DNA of 61,763 bases, filler included, from Choristocarpus tenellus KU-1152 (lineage: Eukaryota; Protista; Phaeophyceae), in assembly GCA_964200185.2 (NCBI GenBank). It is 6 parts of 6 records of this genome, joined end to end, with 100 filler letters (N's around TTAATTAATTAA, not from the genome) between each part and the next. Parts side by side here need not be neighbours in the genome. Positions count along the whole stretch, not along the records: positions 33,206 to 43,233 come from CAXNAD020003199.1; positions 43,334 to 51,997 come from CAXNAD020004464.1; positions 52,098 to 58,812 come from CAXNAD020007501.1; 3 more parts are not named here. One strand, given 5' to 3'. Below the pieces are notes generated by a model that saw nothing but the letters and a program-made list of their open reading frames with translations, did not search any database and was not told the DNA's origin. The position numbers and the translations under genes were made by a program. How positions within the stretch are numbered: position 1 is the first letter of the stretch; each line of letters begins with the position of its first letter. Shown here piece by piece: positions 39,459 to 52,934 of the stretch.

Positions 39459-40136
39459 CAGATCAAGGCAGTGCATATTGTACCAGGTTGCACGGGGAAA
39501 TATGTTCATTTATCAAGAGTAAAAAATTTATTTCAAGTGAGCCTTGCAATGAAATAGGGTTGCGCTCTTGTTGTCTCCTTGCGCTCCTGCTTTGTTGCCA
39601 GATGATCCTGTTTCATGCTTTGTCCATTATTCTGATGTAATATATTGGTGAATAATGATACAAAATCCAAACACGGCAATGATTTGATAACAGGGTACAC
39701 ACTTTTTTGAACAAAAATCTCGCGGACGGAGGCAACTGCATTGGCGATCTTGTGCAGTGGTACACCTAAAATTATTATACATCCCTCAACCAGTCTCTGC
39801 ACCTAGGAAGGCTTCTGCTACAATACATTGGGAACCACTAAATACAAGGCAGCTTGGAATACTCTGCAAGATATGTATATAATGCAAGGTGTGCAACTAT
39901 TATCTATGGTTGTTGTGCAACTCATGCTCCTTGCACTGTGACCACAAATTAAACAGCAAGGTAGAATTAATATTTAGAACACTGTGCAACAACTTCGATA
40001 CAATACATTGCCTAGAAGGTTACATTACCTTTTTCGTTTCTATTGCATCAGCCTTAATACCAAGCACTACAGTAGAACCTTCTGTAGCACTGGTGAGGTT
40101 CGTAATCACCTCACTCTTGCAAGGTACTTTCAAGGC

Positions 40137-41198
40137 TCATCCATACACTCCTGGAGTGCTCCTCCGCCTTCGATTCATGGCGTTGACCCTCCTGGCCTCT
40201 AGTTGCTGTCGCCTTTGGTAGAGAGCTACAGGGTCGGCCTTAGTCCCCTGCTTGCTTTTCCTCGCAGCCTGGCTAAGGTTTTTCCGAATGACAGTGCTTA
40301 GGTTCACATTGCCTACTGAACTTCTATCATGGACCCTGCCGCTCTCACACACCTCTAGCTTTTGTGTTGAGGTTGCTCTACCACATTCGGGGTCGACATC
40401 TGTTAATACGTTCCACTGCGTTGACTCCCCAAGGATGCAATGCTCTTCTTCTAGACGGGGGTGATGACCAACGTTTGGCTTACTCTTCATATATCTGGTG
40501 CTTGACCTCCTGAACATCCCAACTCGCGGTCCTGGTGTTGTATCAGTATTATCTGCTCGTGGAATTACCTCGACGGGATCGAGCAAAGTACGCCGACGGC
40601 TCGAGTCAGAAAGAGATTTGAACTCCATCAATTGCCGATTGGACTCTCTTGTGCCCTGTCCATGATCAGTGTGCTCACTGGGAAGATAGACGTTATCTAT
40701 CTCCATATCGCCCCGCACAGATAAGCTCGAGGCTCTTCCTGTCGCAACAGAGTCCACCTTCAAGGACTTGAAAAACTGCTGATGAAGAGAAGACTCCGAC
40801 TCAAAATATTTCTTGTAGTTGCTTCCTCGTTCTCTCCATCCATCGCAACAATATGCATCCTGGGTAAAAATGGGTGTAGAAAAGACGGATTCATAGGGCC
40901 ATCCCGATGCACAGAACCCTTCACTTGTAGGCTTCACCTCAGAGACTTCGATGCTCCCCCTACGTCTTCCAGAGCTCGACCTCTGGCGGGCTGGAGGTGG
41001 CCAACGGGGCATGATAAAATCGTCCATTGGTGGTTCCCTAGTATGGGGAATGGTTAAGGTGTAGATTTTGGACTTCCGTTCTATAGTAATTTGTCCTCTT
41101 CTTGTGAACCTTATCTTGGAGGCGTATACATTTCGAAAATGGAAAATGATCAACGGCAGGAAACAAATACCTAACAGACTTGACTTTGGGATTCTCAT
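40137..41198 (-). CDS. Hypothetical disordered protein with C-terminal KADPVALYQ motif (HYLS1-like?)
   Basis: 353-codon open frame, long for this genome. The real start may be Met at 41027 or a spliced upstream exon. Confidence 0.55.
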   Translation of the reverse strand: MRIPKSSLLGICFLPLIIFHFRNVYASKIRFTRRGQITIERKSKIYTLTIPHTREPPMDDFIMPRWPPPARQRSSSGRRRGSIEVSEVKPTSEGFCASGWPYESVFSTPIFTQDAYCCDGWRERGSNYKKYFESESSLHQQFFKSLKVDSVATGRASSLSVRGDMEIDNVYLPSEHTDHGQGTRESNRQLMEFKSLSDSSRRRTLLDPVEVIPRADNTDTTPGPRVGMFRRSSTRYMKSKPNVGHHPRLEEEHCILGESTQWNVLTDVDPECGRATSTQKLEVCESGRVHDRSSVGNVNLSTVIRKNLSQAARKSKQGTKADPVALYQRRQQLEARRVNAMNRRRRSTPGVYG

Positions 41199-42308
41199 GG
41201 TAGGGTGACACTGTAGAGTAGCAGCGACGTAGAGTGTAACCGCGCTGGCCGTGGACAGAGGGGTAGCTTGTATTGCAGATCTCGATATGTCAGTGCTTCA
41301 CCCTGGTGGATGTGGAGAACCGCATACCATTCACAGAGGAAGGTGAGACTGTTTTTCGATGTTGATGACCATGTCCCACAGCCTGGTTGACTTCGACTTC
41401 TTATTTCGTAACTCCTGACACTGTGGGTCGACACGTATCCTCGCATTCTTAGACTATCTCACTTCCCTCTTTGCCAGGGAAGACTTCAGGATCTATATGA
41501 GCAAGATGCTGGAGAGGAGCTCAGCGTTGGACACCGTAAGTTCATTGGACTGTTGTGTCTTAGTTGCATGGGTGTGGATATTGGTTGATCGAAATAGTAG
41601 ATAACCCTCCCATTTTGACATAGATACAACTTCGCGAACTATCCAAATGGACCCCAAAATCGTGACCATAGCTCTTGTCCAAAATTTCTTTGCTGAAGTT
41701 CCGCCCTGGAGGTCACACCAGAGCGCTCTCCATGGGTGCAATATCAGCGCGGACGCAGCCTATCAACACTACACCAACCCCAACCCACCTTACAGATGGT
41801 CGTCACTCCAAGTACGTCACGAGTGACGAGGGAAAATTCAAGTGAGTGGAGCTGGGGGGCGCTCTCTTTGTGCCACTATTAGCCTTACCGCACGTCCTTG
41901 ATGTCCACCTTATTCTTTGCCTCCACCCCTACCTCGACCTCCACTGTAGCCGCTCGAGCGGCGAGTTAAGAGGGAGAGAAAATAGTATGTGCCTGCAACA
42001 TGAAGCACAAGTGGGGTCCATTCTATTTTCTCACTATCTCTGCTCTCTTTTCCTCGTTACCACCATATTTCTAGTCCTGTTCCAGTACGATGAGCAGCAT
42101 ATCCTGGAAGCTCCTTCCATCAGTGCTGCGACCCAATAGAAGAAATACACCCCCCCACCCCCACAAATCCCTCGACCTATTGTCGCCTGCGGACCCTTCT
42201 GCCTAGTTCCTCCTCGCAACTTCACACAATTCAACTCCTGCACAAACTCCACTGCGCCCAGTTATTTGAACATATGTATAACCCCTTTGCCCATCCCCTT
42301 CCCTCCTG

Positions 42309-43233
42309 ATGGGAAGCTCCCCTGGCTTCTATCGTGATTGCCGGCACTGGCCTCGGGCCGGCAAGGCTGTAGGAGAAGAAAGTTGCATTCCTCTTAACTT
42401 GTCCGGGGAGTCTCGGGGTCTGCTAAGTTCTCTGTCGCCTCATGATGGCAAGCAATTCAACGATAACCCTCTAGGCACTGTCTTGACTGATAGCTTAATG
42501 CTAGGGAGGGGAGCAAGAACCCCTGAGCGCCGTCGAGGCAGTGTCGGGAAAAGTGGTCAATACCTCTCAAGTCACATGGTGTTGGATGACCAATCAGAAG
42601 CAAGAGAGGAAGAGAAGAGGGAGGAGAAATGGGACAAAGAAGAGGGGCAGGACGGAAATGAGTCGTTCAATGGGGATGGCTGGAAAGCAGCTTGGTCAAG
42701 GCGCCTCCATCGTGGACCCCTGCAATCCGATTACCAGAGCAGTTACAGGTGGCCACCAGCCCGTCCACTGATGCAGTCGTCCCCAGTTGTACCAGAAAGG
42801 CAACCACCACCTGCACCTTTAACTGGGAGTAACGACAGCCTTACTGGAGGTGATGGGGTCAGTTTTGTCAATGCCCAAAATTGTACAACAGGAACAGTTG
42901 GTGGCGGTGGTGAAGGGTCCATTAAACCGTCTCAATCACGGACCATGGTGCAGGGTGGGGAAGAGGACGATGATGGCTTGGCGGGTCTTGCAGTTTATGG
43001 GGATATGGAAGAGGCCTTGAGGGGGGGTGGGGGCGGCGGAGGAGGGGGCGCGAAAAGTGGTTCAGGTGGAGGCTCTGAAGCGTCTGGTGGTGGTAGTGGT
43101 GGTGGTGGTATTGATGAGGGAAAAAATCACGATCTGGGGCACGACTGGGAGGGAGCGGGCTCTTCCATTCCTATCGATGAGACGGACGATCCTGCTGCGG
43201 GGACAGGGGGAGGTTGGGACAGTGGAGGGGGTG
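42309..43233 (+). CDS. Hypothetical Gly/Ser/acidic low-complexity protein exon, truncated by contig end
   Basis: Open frame of more than 300 codons running into the linker; divergent from the 40137-41198 ORF. Confidence 0.55.
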
Positions 43234-43333
43234 NNNNNNNNNNNNNNNNNNNNNNNNNNNNNNNNNNNNNNNNNNNNTTAATTAATTAANNNNNNNNNNN
43301 NNNNNNNNNNNNNNNNNNNNNNNNNNNNNNNNN
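43234..43333. other. Artificial contig linker
   Basis: N44-TTAATTAATTAA-N44. Confidence 0.98.
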
Positions 43334-43372
43334 CAAATGGACGCGGCTCTACCCTCTAAGATACTTTGGCTC
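43334..43372. mobile_element. MITE family A terminus at contig start
   Basis: CAAATGGACGCGGCTCTACCCTCTAAGATACTTTGGCTC. Confidence 0.85.
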
Positions 43373-43509
43373 ATACATATTGGGCGTGACACCAAACATC
43401 CCAACAGTGGAAGGAATAGCAAAATAAGCTCAACTTGAAAAGTAATTAGTGTTGTCATATATCAAATGGTAGCCCCGTATGTGTGTATGGATGGTGGTTG
43501 TGTGCTTGC

Positions 43510-46500
43510 CTTTTTGCGTACTCCATGTCTTCCTTGTGCTTCTGCTTGGTCAGGACTGACTTTTCCTCAATTGCCTGGTAGAAGTGTGTTGTAGTTGAAC
43601 ATGTGATAAATTCAAAAGAGGAGAGCAGTAAAATCCTAGTCATATTCATAGATTTACCTGCGGGAGCTCGACTATTCGGACATAGTAACTGTCAAGAATG
43701 GTGCTGCTGCTGAAGGCATCTAAGGTTCTTACAAACTGAGGCCTGCAAGGGCAATGTCAACCCGATTTGGGATTTCTAGCCCCCCTAACCTTCATGTAAG
43801 GTCACGGCCAGCCCAATACAAGGGTTCAACGAGCAGCACAAAGATTTTCTGCAACAACACAGACATTTGTGCTGAGAGGAAGAACATCTGTATGGCGTTG
43901 TGTGTGTCAATCAATGTACTGGGGTATTTTTGAGTGATTAATAATTAACATGTGGGCTTGGACACTGAGAGCGCCTTTATGGTGTTGTGTGTCTAGTCAA
44001 AGTCATTTCGTTTGGAAGCCCAGATGGGCCATGGATGCCCGGATGGTATTTCATGGTGACATACATTCAGGATACATTTCTCACGCTTATGAACCGTGAA
44101 CAGCTAGAAGTATGTTTTAAAACTCCGCACTCATGACTAAAACATTTGCAAAAAACAGTTAATTAAGGTGAAGAGGTTTTTATTAATTGAATATACCAAG
44201 CATCAGGAAACCATGTCGTCCCAAACTGAACCCTAATCCTGCACACAACAGGGTATCCAAGTATTCTGTCGACCATGTTGGAAAAATCGGAAGGGCGATT
44301 GATGCTGTGAGCATATCTTCTTACCTTTCGATGCTCCTCTGCCACGTGTTTGCTCCCCAACCTCTTCTTGTCCTTGTCCATCTTCTCGCGCTTCATGTCT
44401 GCCTCCTCTTTCCTGAGACGGCAACACAACAAGGTGAGAGTAAGCATCTGGAAGAGAGAGTAGTAATCCCCTACATGATGCACATGAAAATTCCAGCACA
44501 TGAACAGACTTGATGAAACAATATGAATTGGATGTTTATCATTTATGGAGATGAGACTGCTATCCACAACTATGAGTGCTCTCGTGAGGCACACTATTTT
44601 CAGTGGCATATGAGATGAACCAAAGCCTGGAAGGTGTGAGTAAGGTAGTCAATTAAGGTATGTCATAATGCAAATGTCCTTTGTACGTACCCCAAACGAA
44701 AATATGCAACGACTTTAGTACTAGCTAACGCTCAGAACACATAATGTAATGGACAAGGAGAAGTCCCCCTAGTTGTGTTCTTCACAGGTGTGAACCTTGT
44801 CATAGGCAATGGGAACAACCAACATGCGTGCTACTCTGAGTACTTCAAATTGCACAGATCACTACATGTAACTATGGACGTAGAGTGTTGCTATATATAT
44901 ATATCACTGAAGTGAACAGTTTTTCCTCGACGCACCACCCAACTCACGTTCCCTACCAATTAAGCAAGGGGTGCTGGCTAAGTCGGTGCTAGTCTCATAA
45001 GGTAGATTCTACTGACATCATGCTCAAGGAGAAAGCCATTAAAAGGTTATCTCTCCTCCCAAGGTGGAACACTTCAGTGTCACGGAGCTTGTGTGCAACT
45101 GACTGATCACAAACCAGATGAAAGGCACGTCATTGATGCTTTGTATATGCAAGGTAGCATGACAAGAGCTCAATGTACAGGGCTCTTCTCGTTCAGTATT
45201 GAAAGTGATATCAACTGTAGTAGGTCTGCCTTATCTTGCCCATGGCATTTAAAGAAATTAATCTCTTGAAGATATGTGTGAGGGCTTTCCGAATATATGG
45301 TTATGATGCTCACCTCCGTGCTTCTGCAAGAGTCAGTTGCTCTGCACGCAACTCATCTTCTGCAGCTTTCTTTCCGGCGCCCCGTTCCATCCAAAAGTTT
45401 CCTATATCTTTGTACCTCCTCATTCGCTCCTGTTCCATGAAGAAGTTGAACAGACATGGTATGGAATGAGCACAGTCCCTCATGATCCCATGAAGGGTCA
45501 GTTACAAATTGAGATGTGATGGAAACATGAATGTTATCCTGTTTGTAACTAGGTTCCTACTATAAGCAATATTTCATTGGGATAACGTAGTGTCTAGGGG
45601 CTAGAATGGGAGTAGGAAGCTTGATTTCATAGTGATGGTACATAATACTTCCTTATACAATAACTCCTGGTGAAGAACTATCTGTAATCACACATGGGTT
45701 CAGGAAGTCTCTACCTCACCAAAATTTTATGCTCAACAACGTCCATTTTGTGTACTGGTCGACGAAAAAACGTGGCATATGCTTCGTTTCATTTGAAGTA
45801 ACTCAATCTAGCCTTTACCCTGTGACCCCAGAGCGCACAGCTTAGCCTCCTCTTCCTTCATGTCTGCAGATAACCCAACGCACTTCTTGAGTCCTTGCAG
45901 AAGTAGGGAGACTTACTGTATTTCCTTGGCCGAGCATGATATCTCGCCATCAACAAGTGCTTCAAAATTCTAATGGCAAAGGTATGATACTTAGATTAAT
46001 GATAAGAATATCAGAAGAATGGTTTAAGGTGTTGAGTAGAACAGTGGTACTACTGGGTTTAGATCGACGCGCAAGTCATTCCATTTACGGTGATAGTGTT
46101 CCCTCTACAAATGTCCATTGCCCCCTGAATATTGACATGATTGTAAGAATATTCATGGCGCAGTAGTTGTGTGACCACCTTGAGGTCATTTGCACGCCGA
46201 GCCTCATCATCATCCATCTTCTGCCTGTACTCCTCCATCAGGACCATGTCTGCTTGGCTAGACTCTCTGTGCAGAGGATATAGTGGTTTGGAGAAATGAC
46301 TGTCTAGGGTGAGTGCATCCCTCACTATGGCAATATTTTTCAAACTAAAATCCTTGGGAAATCTACCCAACACTCATCTTTGAATGAGGTTGACATTCCA
46401 AAATCCCCCACAAAGACCACACATCAAAGCAGGAGAGGGAGAGGGAGAGATAGAGAGAGAGAGAGCGATGAACCGGGAAAGATATATTCAACATGCACAG

Positions 46501-49500
46501 TACATGGTGGGAAATTGGAGGTGAGATGACACTTGAACAGACCTAAGAGGTCATTCACCACTTCCTCGTCACTGGAAGGGTCGCAAAAGGATAAAAAAAA
46601 ATTAGTAGACTGAAAGGTTGAGATATATGATGCAGTATGAAAAGCACATTTCAACAAAGAGAAGAGTCTGTATACCAGATGGAACCGACAGGAAACGTTC
46701 TCCCAGCTATATTCCAGACCAACCCCCTCTCACCCTTGGTATTGTTCTGAGAAGACTATCACATTCATTGAAATGCTGGTGATTATATGAAAATGTGGTG
46801 ATGCCAAGCAAATTCGTTTCAAACAGGTGAAACAGTCCCAACAAATGGCATACATGTGATGACAGTCACGCTGGAAAAATAAACGGACCGTACAAACACA
46901 GAAAGTAGGCACCCATCTACATTGCCTTTGCTTTTCCCGTTGTATCTCCCTCTGCTTGGCGTTCTCGTCACGAATTTCAGCAAGTCGATCCTTGGCCATC
47001 TGGCGTTTCCTCTCAGCAGCATCTACCTGTACAAAAATTGTGTTCACTTGTGTAGGAGAGAAACAAAATACTGGGTTTTGATGCTGAGTTTTCAATCACT
47101 CAGTCAGTTGTCAGTTGTTCACCCAACCCCCTTTTCAGCGCTATACCACGCAGAGAACAACCCTGATCCAAAAGAGATAGCTTTGGTATGGGTATGTATA
47201 ACGCTGCACAGTGTAATGAAACCAACTCAGTGGTGTCACAAGATGACGCATAGTATCTTAGAGGGGGGATCAGGCGTCCATTTTGGAGCGCCTATGTGAC
47301 CCTGTAGTTGTTTTCGTATCATAAGAGTAAAAGTGTCAAATTGAAAGGCAACTTCCCTCATCTGAACGCAGATTCCTTTCTTTTATATACCGCTGCCTGG
47401 ACCAAAATCGAAGGAAATTCACCCACGCAATGGGCATCAAACTGGGGTATCTTACAATAATCCATCATGTCCTGAATGGACTAGTTGGGGAAAGCACTTC
47501 CCCCTCTAGGATACTATAGCCTAGATGATTCTAAAAACTGGCATCCGCCCAAGCAAGGATTTGAAATCACTTCAACCAAATTCTAACTGTGGTATAGACA
47601 CAGTCTTGATGCAAACAATGGCAAGCTGCCCTGATTTCGCACCATGCTTTTAGCTTCAATATGCGCTGTGCCTTCAAAAGTTCTTGGGTACACGTATAGA
47701 CATATGCCTTCTCACACATATGCTGTGGTACTTTCTTGCGTGCCATCAAGGCCCAAGATACTTTTTTGGGATACTTTGATGCACACATCTCTCCTGGGGA
47801 CACCTCTCCCTCTAAAGTGTGATTGTTTTGATTGTGTTGTTAACCTGCATGGTTCAACATGTTTCTTGCCTTGGGGGTTGCATCAAGTGATAGGAGATTT
47901 TATACCTGTTCCTGAAGTTCAAAATTGACGCGATTGATTTCATCCTTTTCGTTCTCCAGTTGAGCCTTACGTTCAGCTTCCCTCTCCGCCTGATATGTGT
48001 GTGTGTGTGTGTGTGTGGGTGTGTGGGTGGGTGGGTGTGCTATTGCCAGTCTTGTAAAGTGGAAGATAAGCTTGGTTGGATGGTACGTATGCTTGTGTAC
48101 TCAAGAGAAACCGGCAAATATCACATAGAAAAACTTCAAGATTCGTGAAAAAATGAAGTTCCATTCATGCCTTTATGACTGTAGATGTGCAGGAGCTAGA
48201 GTACAAACTAAGTCCTGACAGTGGGATATAGTTAGGGATGAAGGAATTTAGACGTATGGCCATAGTGGGATATAGTGTGGGAAGCCACAATGGCCGTGGA
48301 TGATTGGAACTCCAAGAGTGCTCATTCAAAACCTGTAGTGTTGTCTCAACCTGGTACTTGATAATACTTAGATGCGAACATGCAATTTGCTACCAGGGTA
48401 TGTAGGACAGAGCCAATCCAGACATTCTGTTGACAGCTTCCTCTGTATGATAGCTGCACCCACTTTGCCCTAACCCCAATCCACACACCACCAAAGTGTG
48501 TAGTTTAACTGAGTTCAATTTTTGGCTTATCCAAGTTCTACTATGGGTAGTTTGGTGGTTGACGTGAGAGGCACACCTTGAATGACACTATAGAAGCGAC
48601 ATATGCTGCTGATAGTGCTAGTAAGTGCTACTCTCAGCAGGAGGAGTGTCATGAATACAATTGTTAGTGTGGCATCAAGGGGTGAACAAATTTCGCACTA
48701 TATCTCAGGTAATCCTTTCATCAAAGCTGGAGTTGGGCTCTGTATATCCTCCTTCTCCTGATAGGCACCCGTCCCTTCCTCTCTCCTACATTGCACCCGT
48801 ATTGAGCCAAAGTAATCGAGAGGTACCCCAAGTTTTGGGCGTTTCGCATTTTAAGCCAGTTTTATCAACTTGTTGCAATTCACCCTTATATTTATGGACA
48901 GAGTGCTAGGTTAGACTCGAGAGCATGGATTCTTCAATTGTTTGAAACCTTGCAACAGGACTCAGAAACTTTCCAATACGCCTTTGAAACAAAAGACCAA
49001 AATTTGCACACATTTGTCGGCATTCTTAAAATGCACCTCTGGGTAGCTCTTGTTTTCTTTGACTCACTCATTGGAGTCAAAGTATCTTAGAGGATAGAGC
49101 CGTGTCCATTTGGGGGCCAAAATCCAATGTTGCAATTTCGATGTAATTTTGGCTATTGTGTTTGTTGGGAAGTGCCTATATCCTTGTTCTAGACACTCCT
49201 TTCCACAACGTAAACATTTTACCCTAACCCAAAACATTAAAATGTCATTAAAAACCCATGGGAAGCCAATCCCCAAATGGACCGCAAACAGGGGAAAACT
49301 CATATCCTCTTGGATACTTTCACTCTTGATGGCAGCAAAAGTCTTCGTTCTTGCTGCGAAGGACTTGCGAGGAATCAAGACACAGAAATACCACAGTGGT
49401 CACACAAACGCGCATGTGTTTGAAGCACTGCTATGGACAGGTAAACAGGTTGGTGGAGCAACCGTTGCTATAGCATCTATTTATAGTCACAAATGAACAT

Positions 49501-50442
49501 TATCAGTACCAAGGGCCTAAAGTATCTGGGGGGGAGGGTGGCGGCTGTCCATTGAGGACCTATATTTTCATGTTGCGATTTTTGGGTGATTTGATTGCGT
49601 ACATCGAATGGATAATGTAAATGCATTTTTCCTGATTTTGGTCCAAATAGACACCCTGGTGTAGACCCCCCCCCCCCAGATACTTTGGGTCAAGATGCCT
49701 CATGTTTAGGTTCTTGTTGTAGTCCCTTGTATCAAATGGTGGCACATAACGGTACAACATTGTTTTTCCAAACATCTAAGAACCCACCAAAGTGTGCAAG
49801 TATATTCCCAAGTTGTAAATAGTTCACGCTGTATCTCAATGGTAGAATGTAGAAGGACTGCAAATGCTGAAGGAAGAGGTGGGAGTACAAGCATGTAGAA
49901 ACTACATCTCTAAGAAGTGCTACATTTGACATTTGCTGCCATCATCACCTCACAGTGTTTTGTTCTCCACCACAAGCTCCAGGCACCTTGAGTTAATTTT
50001 GTGTAGTGCTAACCAATTCAAACAATGCTGCACTTCAAATCGTCCACTACACTTTCTTGCGCTTGATTAAACCAATCAATAACAAGCCCCAGAACAATAT
50101 TCTGACTACCAAAGGGACACTGTGTCATACATATATTGTGTGTGACTGACGATTGCATCCAACTGAAACCTTAACTTTCATGGTACACAAACATGAGGTA
50201 CCTACCAGATGATGGCTCTACAATAGGAATGCCACAGAATTTCCCAAATTCCTGTCATGATTGGGACAGTACCTCACTACCAAGGCCGATTTGATGTGAT
50301 GTGATGTTGACATACCACAGTCTGTATGTCCACTCTGCTGCGAGGAGTACATAGAAGTAATGAAGGATAGCAAACCAGACTTTCTTGCAATTTTTCCTTG
50401 GTTTTATTCAAGAGATCAAAAAATATTTTTTCTTGGAAAAAT

Positions 50443-50485
<43 letters not shown>

Positions 50486-51283
50486 AGAGGGGGGTTCAGG
50501 CGTCCATTGGGTGCCTGTGTGACCTTGTAGTGATTTCTATGTCATATGTGTGAACATGTCAGATGTAACAGCAATTTTCTTCATCTGAACGCACTTTGCT
50601 GTCCGTTCCCTTGCCTGAACCAAATTCGAAGGAAAATCAACCGCAAAACAAGCATCAAACTGGGTTATCTTACGACACCTCATCAAGCTCCGAACGGACA
50701 GCATCGGCAAACCATCCCTCCACCTAGGATACTATGGCCTAAAATGGATTGAAACATAAGAGTTCACTTGCGAACAGATCGAGTAGCTTAGGAGTCTTCA
50801 AGGTGTACTTTCTTCTACTGTCCAGACAGGTCTCTTGAGGAGAACACCTCAGTGTTGTGCTTGGCGAGATGCCCCTCTCCATCTAGGTATAATAGCCTTA
50901 CCTCCGTTGCTGACTCCACCTTGGGCAATGGTTGCATCTCTTGCACAAGTTTAACGAGATATTACCCATAATTCACAGCATATATTTTTCAGGCTTGATG
51001 AGTCATGCTTTTTTTCACACTCAATTGGTTGTAGATCGGAGAAGATGGACAAACGAGGACCCTGGCGGACAGAAACACAGTCCTTACTTCTTGCAAATTC
51101 CAACCGTTAAAAATATGAGCCAACAAGGCTTTGAGTGTTCCAATATTAGATACCTGTTTCTCCAATATCTGCTGGTGACGAATCCGCTTCTCCTCTGCAT
51201 GCCTGTCTGCTAGACGCTTCTTTGCAGACTCTTGCTCATCCTTCCATTCCTGAAGTAACTTGTTCTGGTTCTCCAGATACGCC
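43510..51283 (-). CDS. E/K/R-rich coiled-coil protein (trichohyalin-plectin-homology/ciliary type?), partial
   Basis: Approximate AG/GT exons: 51283-51154 (AYLENQNKLLQEWKDEQE), 47989-47906 (AEREAERKAQLENEK), 47026-46913, 46267-46179, 45430-45314, 44412-44325, 43574-43510. All are charged and helical. Confidence 0.75.
47245..47522. mobile_element. MITE family D, full length
   Basis: GACGCATAGTATCTTAGAGGGG...CCCCTCTAGGATACTATAGCCT; TSD AGAT. Confidence 0.88.
48804..49065. mobile_element. MITE family B copy
   Basis: GAGCCAAAGTAATCGAGAGGTACCC...TTCTTTGACTC; homologous to 8793-9052. Confidence 0.8.
49074..49325. mobile_element. MITE family A, 8 bp from the family B copy
   Basis: Both TIRs present; TTG on both flanks. 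Confidence 0.9.
49514..49691. mobile_element. MITE family C
   Basis: Reverse complement of 35222-35401; AAG on both flanks. Confidence 0.88.
50441..50740. mobile_element. MITE family D with (AT)n expansion in the left TIR
   Basis: Body colinear with 47245-47522; CATAGTATC is replaced by C(AT)~19C. Confidence 0.82.
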
Positions 51284-51997
51284 CTTCAGTCCGTGTGTAT
51301 GCAAAGAATGAGGTGACAATGAGTAAGTATGGTGCTCCCTCAGGAAAAGATTGGCCGGAAAAGAGGTTCGATTATGACGGACTCAATGTAGACGTAGAGT
51401 GTCGTTTTAGGTGGGCATAGACCAGAATGTACCACAATATCTAATTGCTATGACAATGGCAAGGGGTCCAAGATGGAAGACGAAACTCAATGGGGATTTG
51501 ATAGACCAGTTGTATGAATCCGATTATTATTTATTATGATGAAGACTGTCTTCGCTATGACTGTAGCGCTCAATGCTCGTTGCATTCAAGCTGAGAACAA
51601 AACCCTAACCCCAACCCCAAGCCTATTGAGATATTGGTAGTGGATAGCTCCTGTGGCAACAATCCATACAGCGCCGGCATAAGTCGCAAACTGTTATGGT
51701 TCCAAAATAGAAAATAGATCCATCCTTTCCCCTGTAGATATCTACCCATCCACAAACAGAGCTTCTGGAAGGGAAAAAAAGGATACTACAATTATCACTT
51801 TAAAGGACTCCAATTGAATCAAATGCGCAACATGATATAAGATGATGCACGTGACAATGGGAACGAGGAAATATGCTTTACTTTCTTTCGTTTTTAGAGT
51901 AATAGTTGGGACTATGCAATTGTTCCAAAGGCCAAACGTATCTGGGGGGGGGGGGGGGGGGGCCTTACATAGTGAGGCAACACTATTTGGAACAATC

Positions 51998-52097
51998 NNN
52001 NNNNNNNNNNNNNNNNNNNNNNNNNNNNNNNNNNNNNNNNNTTAATTAATTAANNNNNNNNNNNNNNNNNNNNNNNNNNNNNNNNNNNNNNNNNNNN
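51998..52097. other. Artificial contig linker
   Basis: N44-TTAATTAATTAA-N44. Confidence 0.98.
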
Positions 52098-52934
52098 CCC
52101 AGATACTTTGACTCACAAATACAAGAGTGATTGCATTCTTGTATGTACTCTGTGTATTGGAGTATTTATAAGCACATGTGTACAACTCTGGATCATTCAA
52201 CATTTTGTTGTACCTCTGAAATTGAGTCCAGGGTATCAGCACCGCCCTTTTTCAAGTCCTCCATCTGAGAGATGTACTCCTTCTGCGCTTGTCATTTCCA
52301 TGAAGGTAGGCAGGCAACACCAATAAGGCATCCATGAGTCACACACCATAGTTGAGGGTTAGGGATCATCAAGCACATCTTTATTGATTTCATCGATCAA
52401 ACGGCCTATAGCAGACTTTGCTCTCGGTCAAAAGACATGTTTCTCCCGCCAGCTCCATCCTACCTCCTGGATCCTTTTGTAGTTATAAAAACTAATACTT
52501 CGGAGCATATACTTTGAGAGTATAAAGCATATGTTGGCATGGTTTATGTTGACATCAATAAGAAAGTGTAGCAAGTGTATATATATACATATACTCCACA
52601 ATGTGGCGGAACATGCAGGGAGTTAGTGTATGCATTGATTGGTGCCTATGCTATCAGGTGATACAAAGTTAGAATATGTGTGTTGATCACCAATCTTTTT
52701 AAGGGCCAAATTATTTTAGAGGTAGGCAGGTGTGGACCCTTTGCATTCTAAACCATCCTTGCCACCCTATGCAATATACTCAATTTCATTGCATTATGCG
52801 CACAATAGTGTACGAAAAATTGATATTCCCCCTTTCCATACACAAATTGACACCACAACTCAGCAAAGGTTCTTTCTGCAATTATAGAAAAAAACGCTTT
52901 TTGCGATTTCTTGGAGTCCTTAAAATGAAACCTT

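Noticed and set aside
40985-42770. RWPP(P)AR peptide shared by the two divergent ORFs
   Set aside because: Only 6-7 residues in low-complexity proteins with no extended DNA similarity; likely chance.
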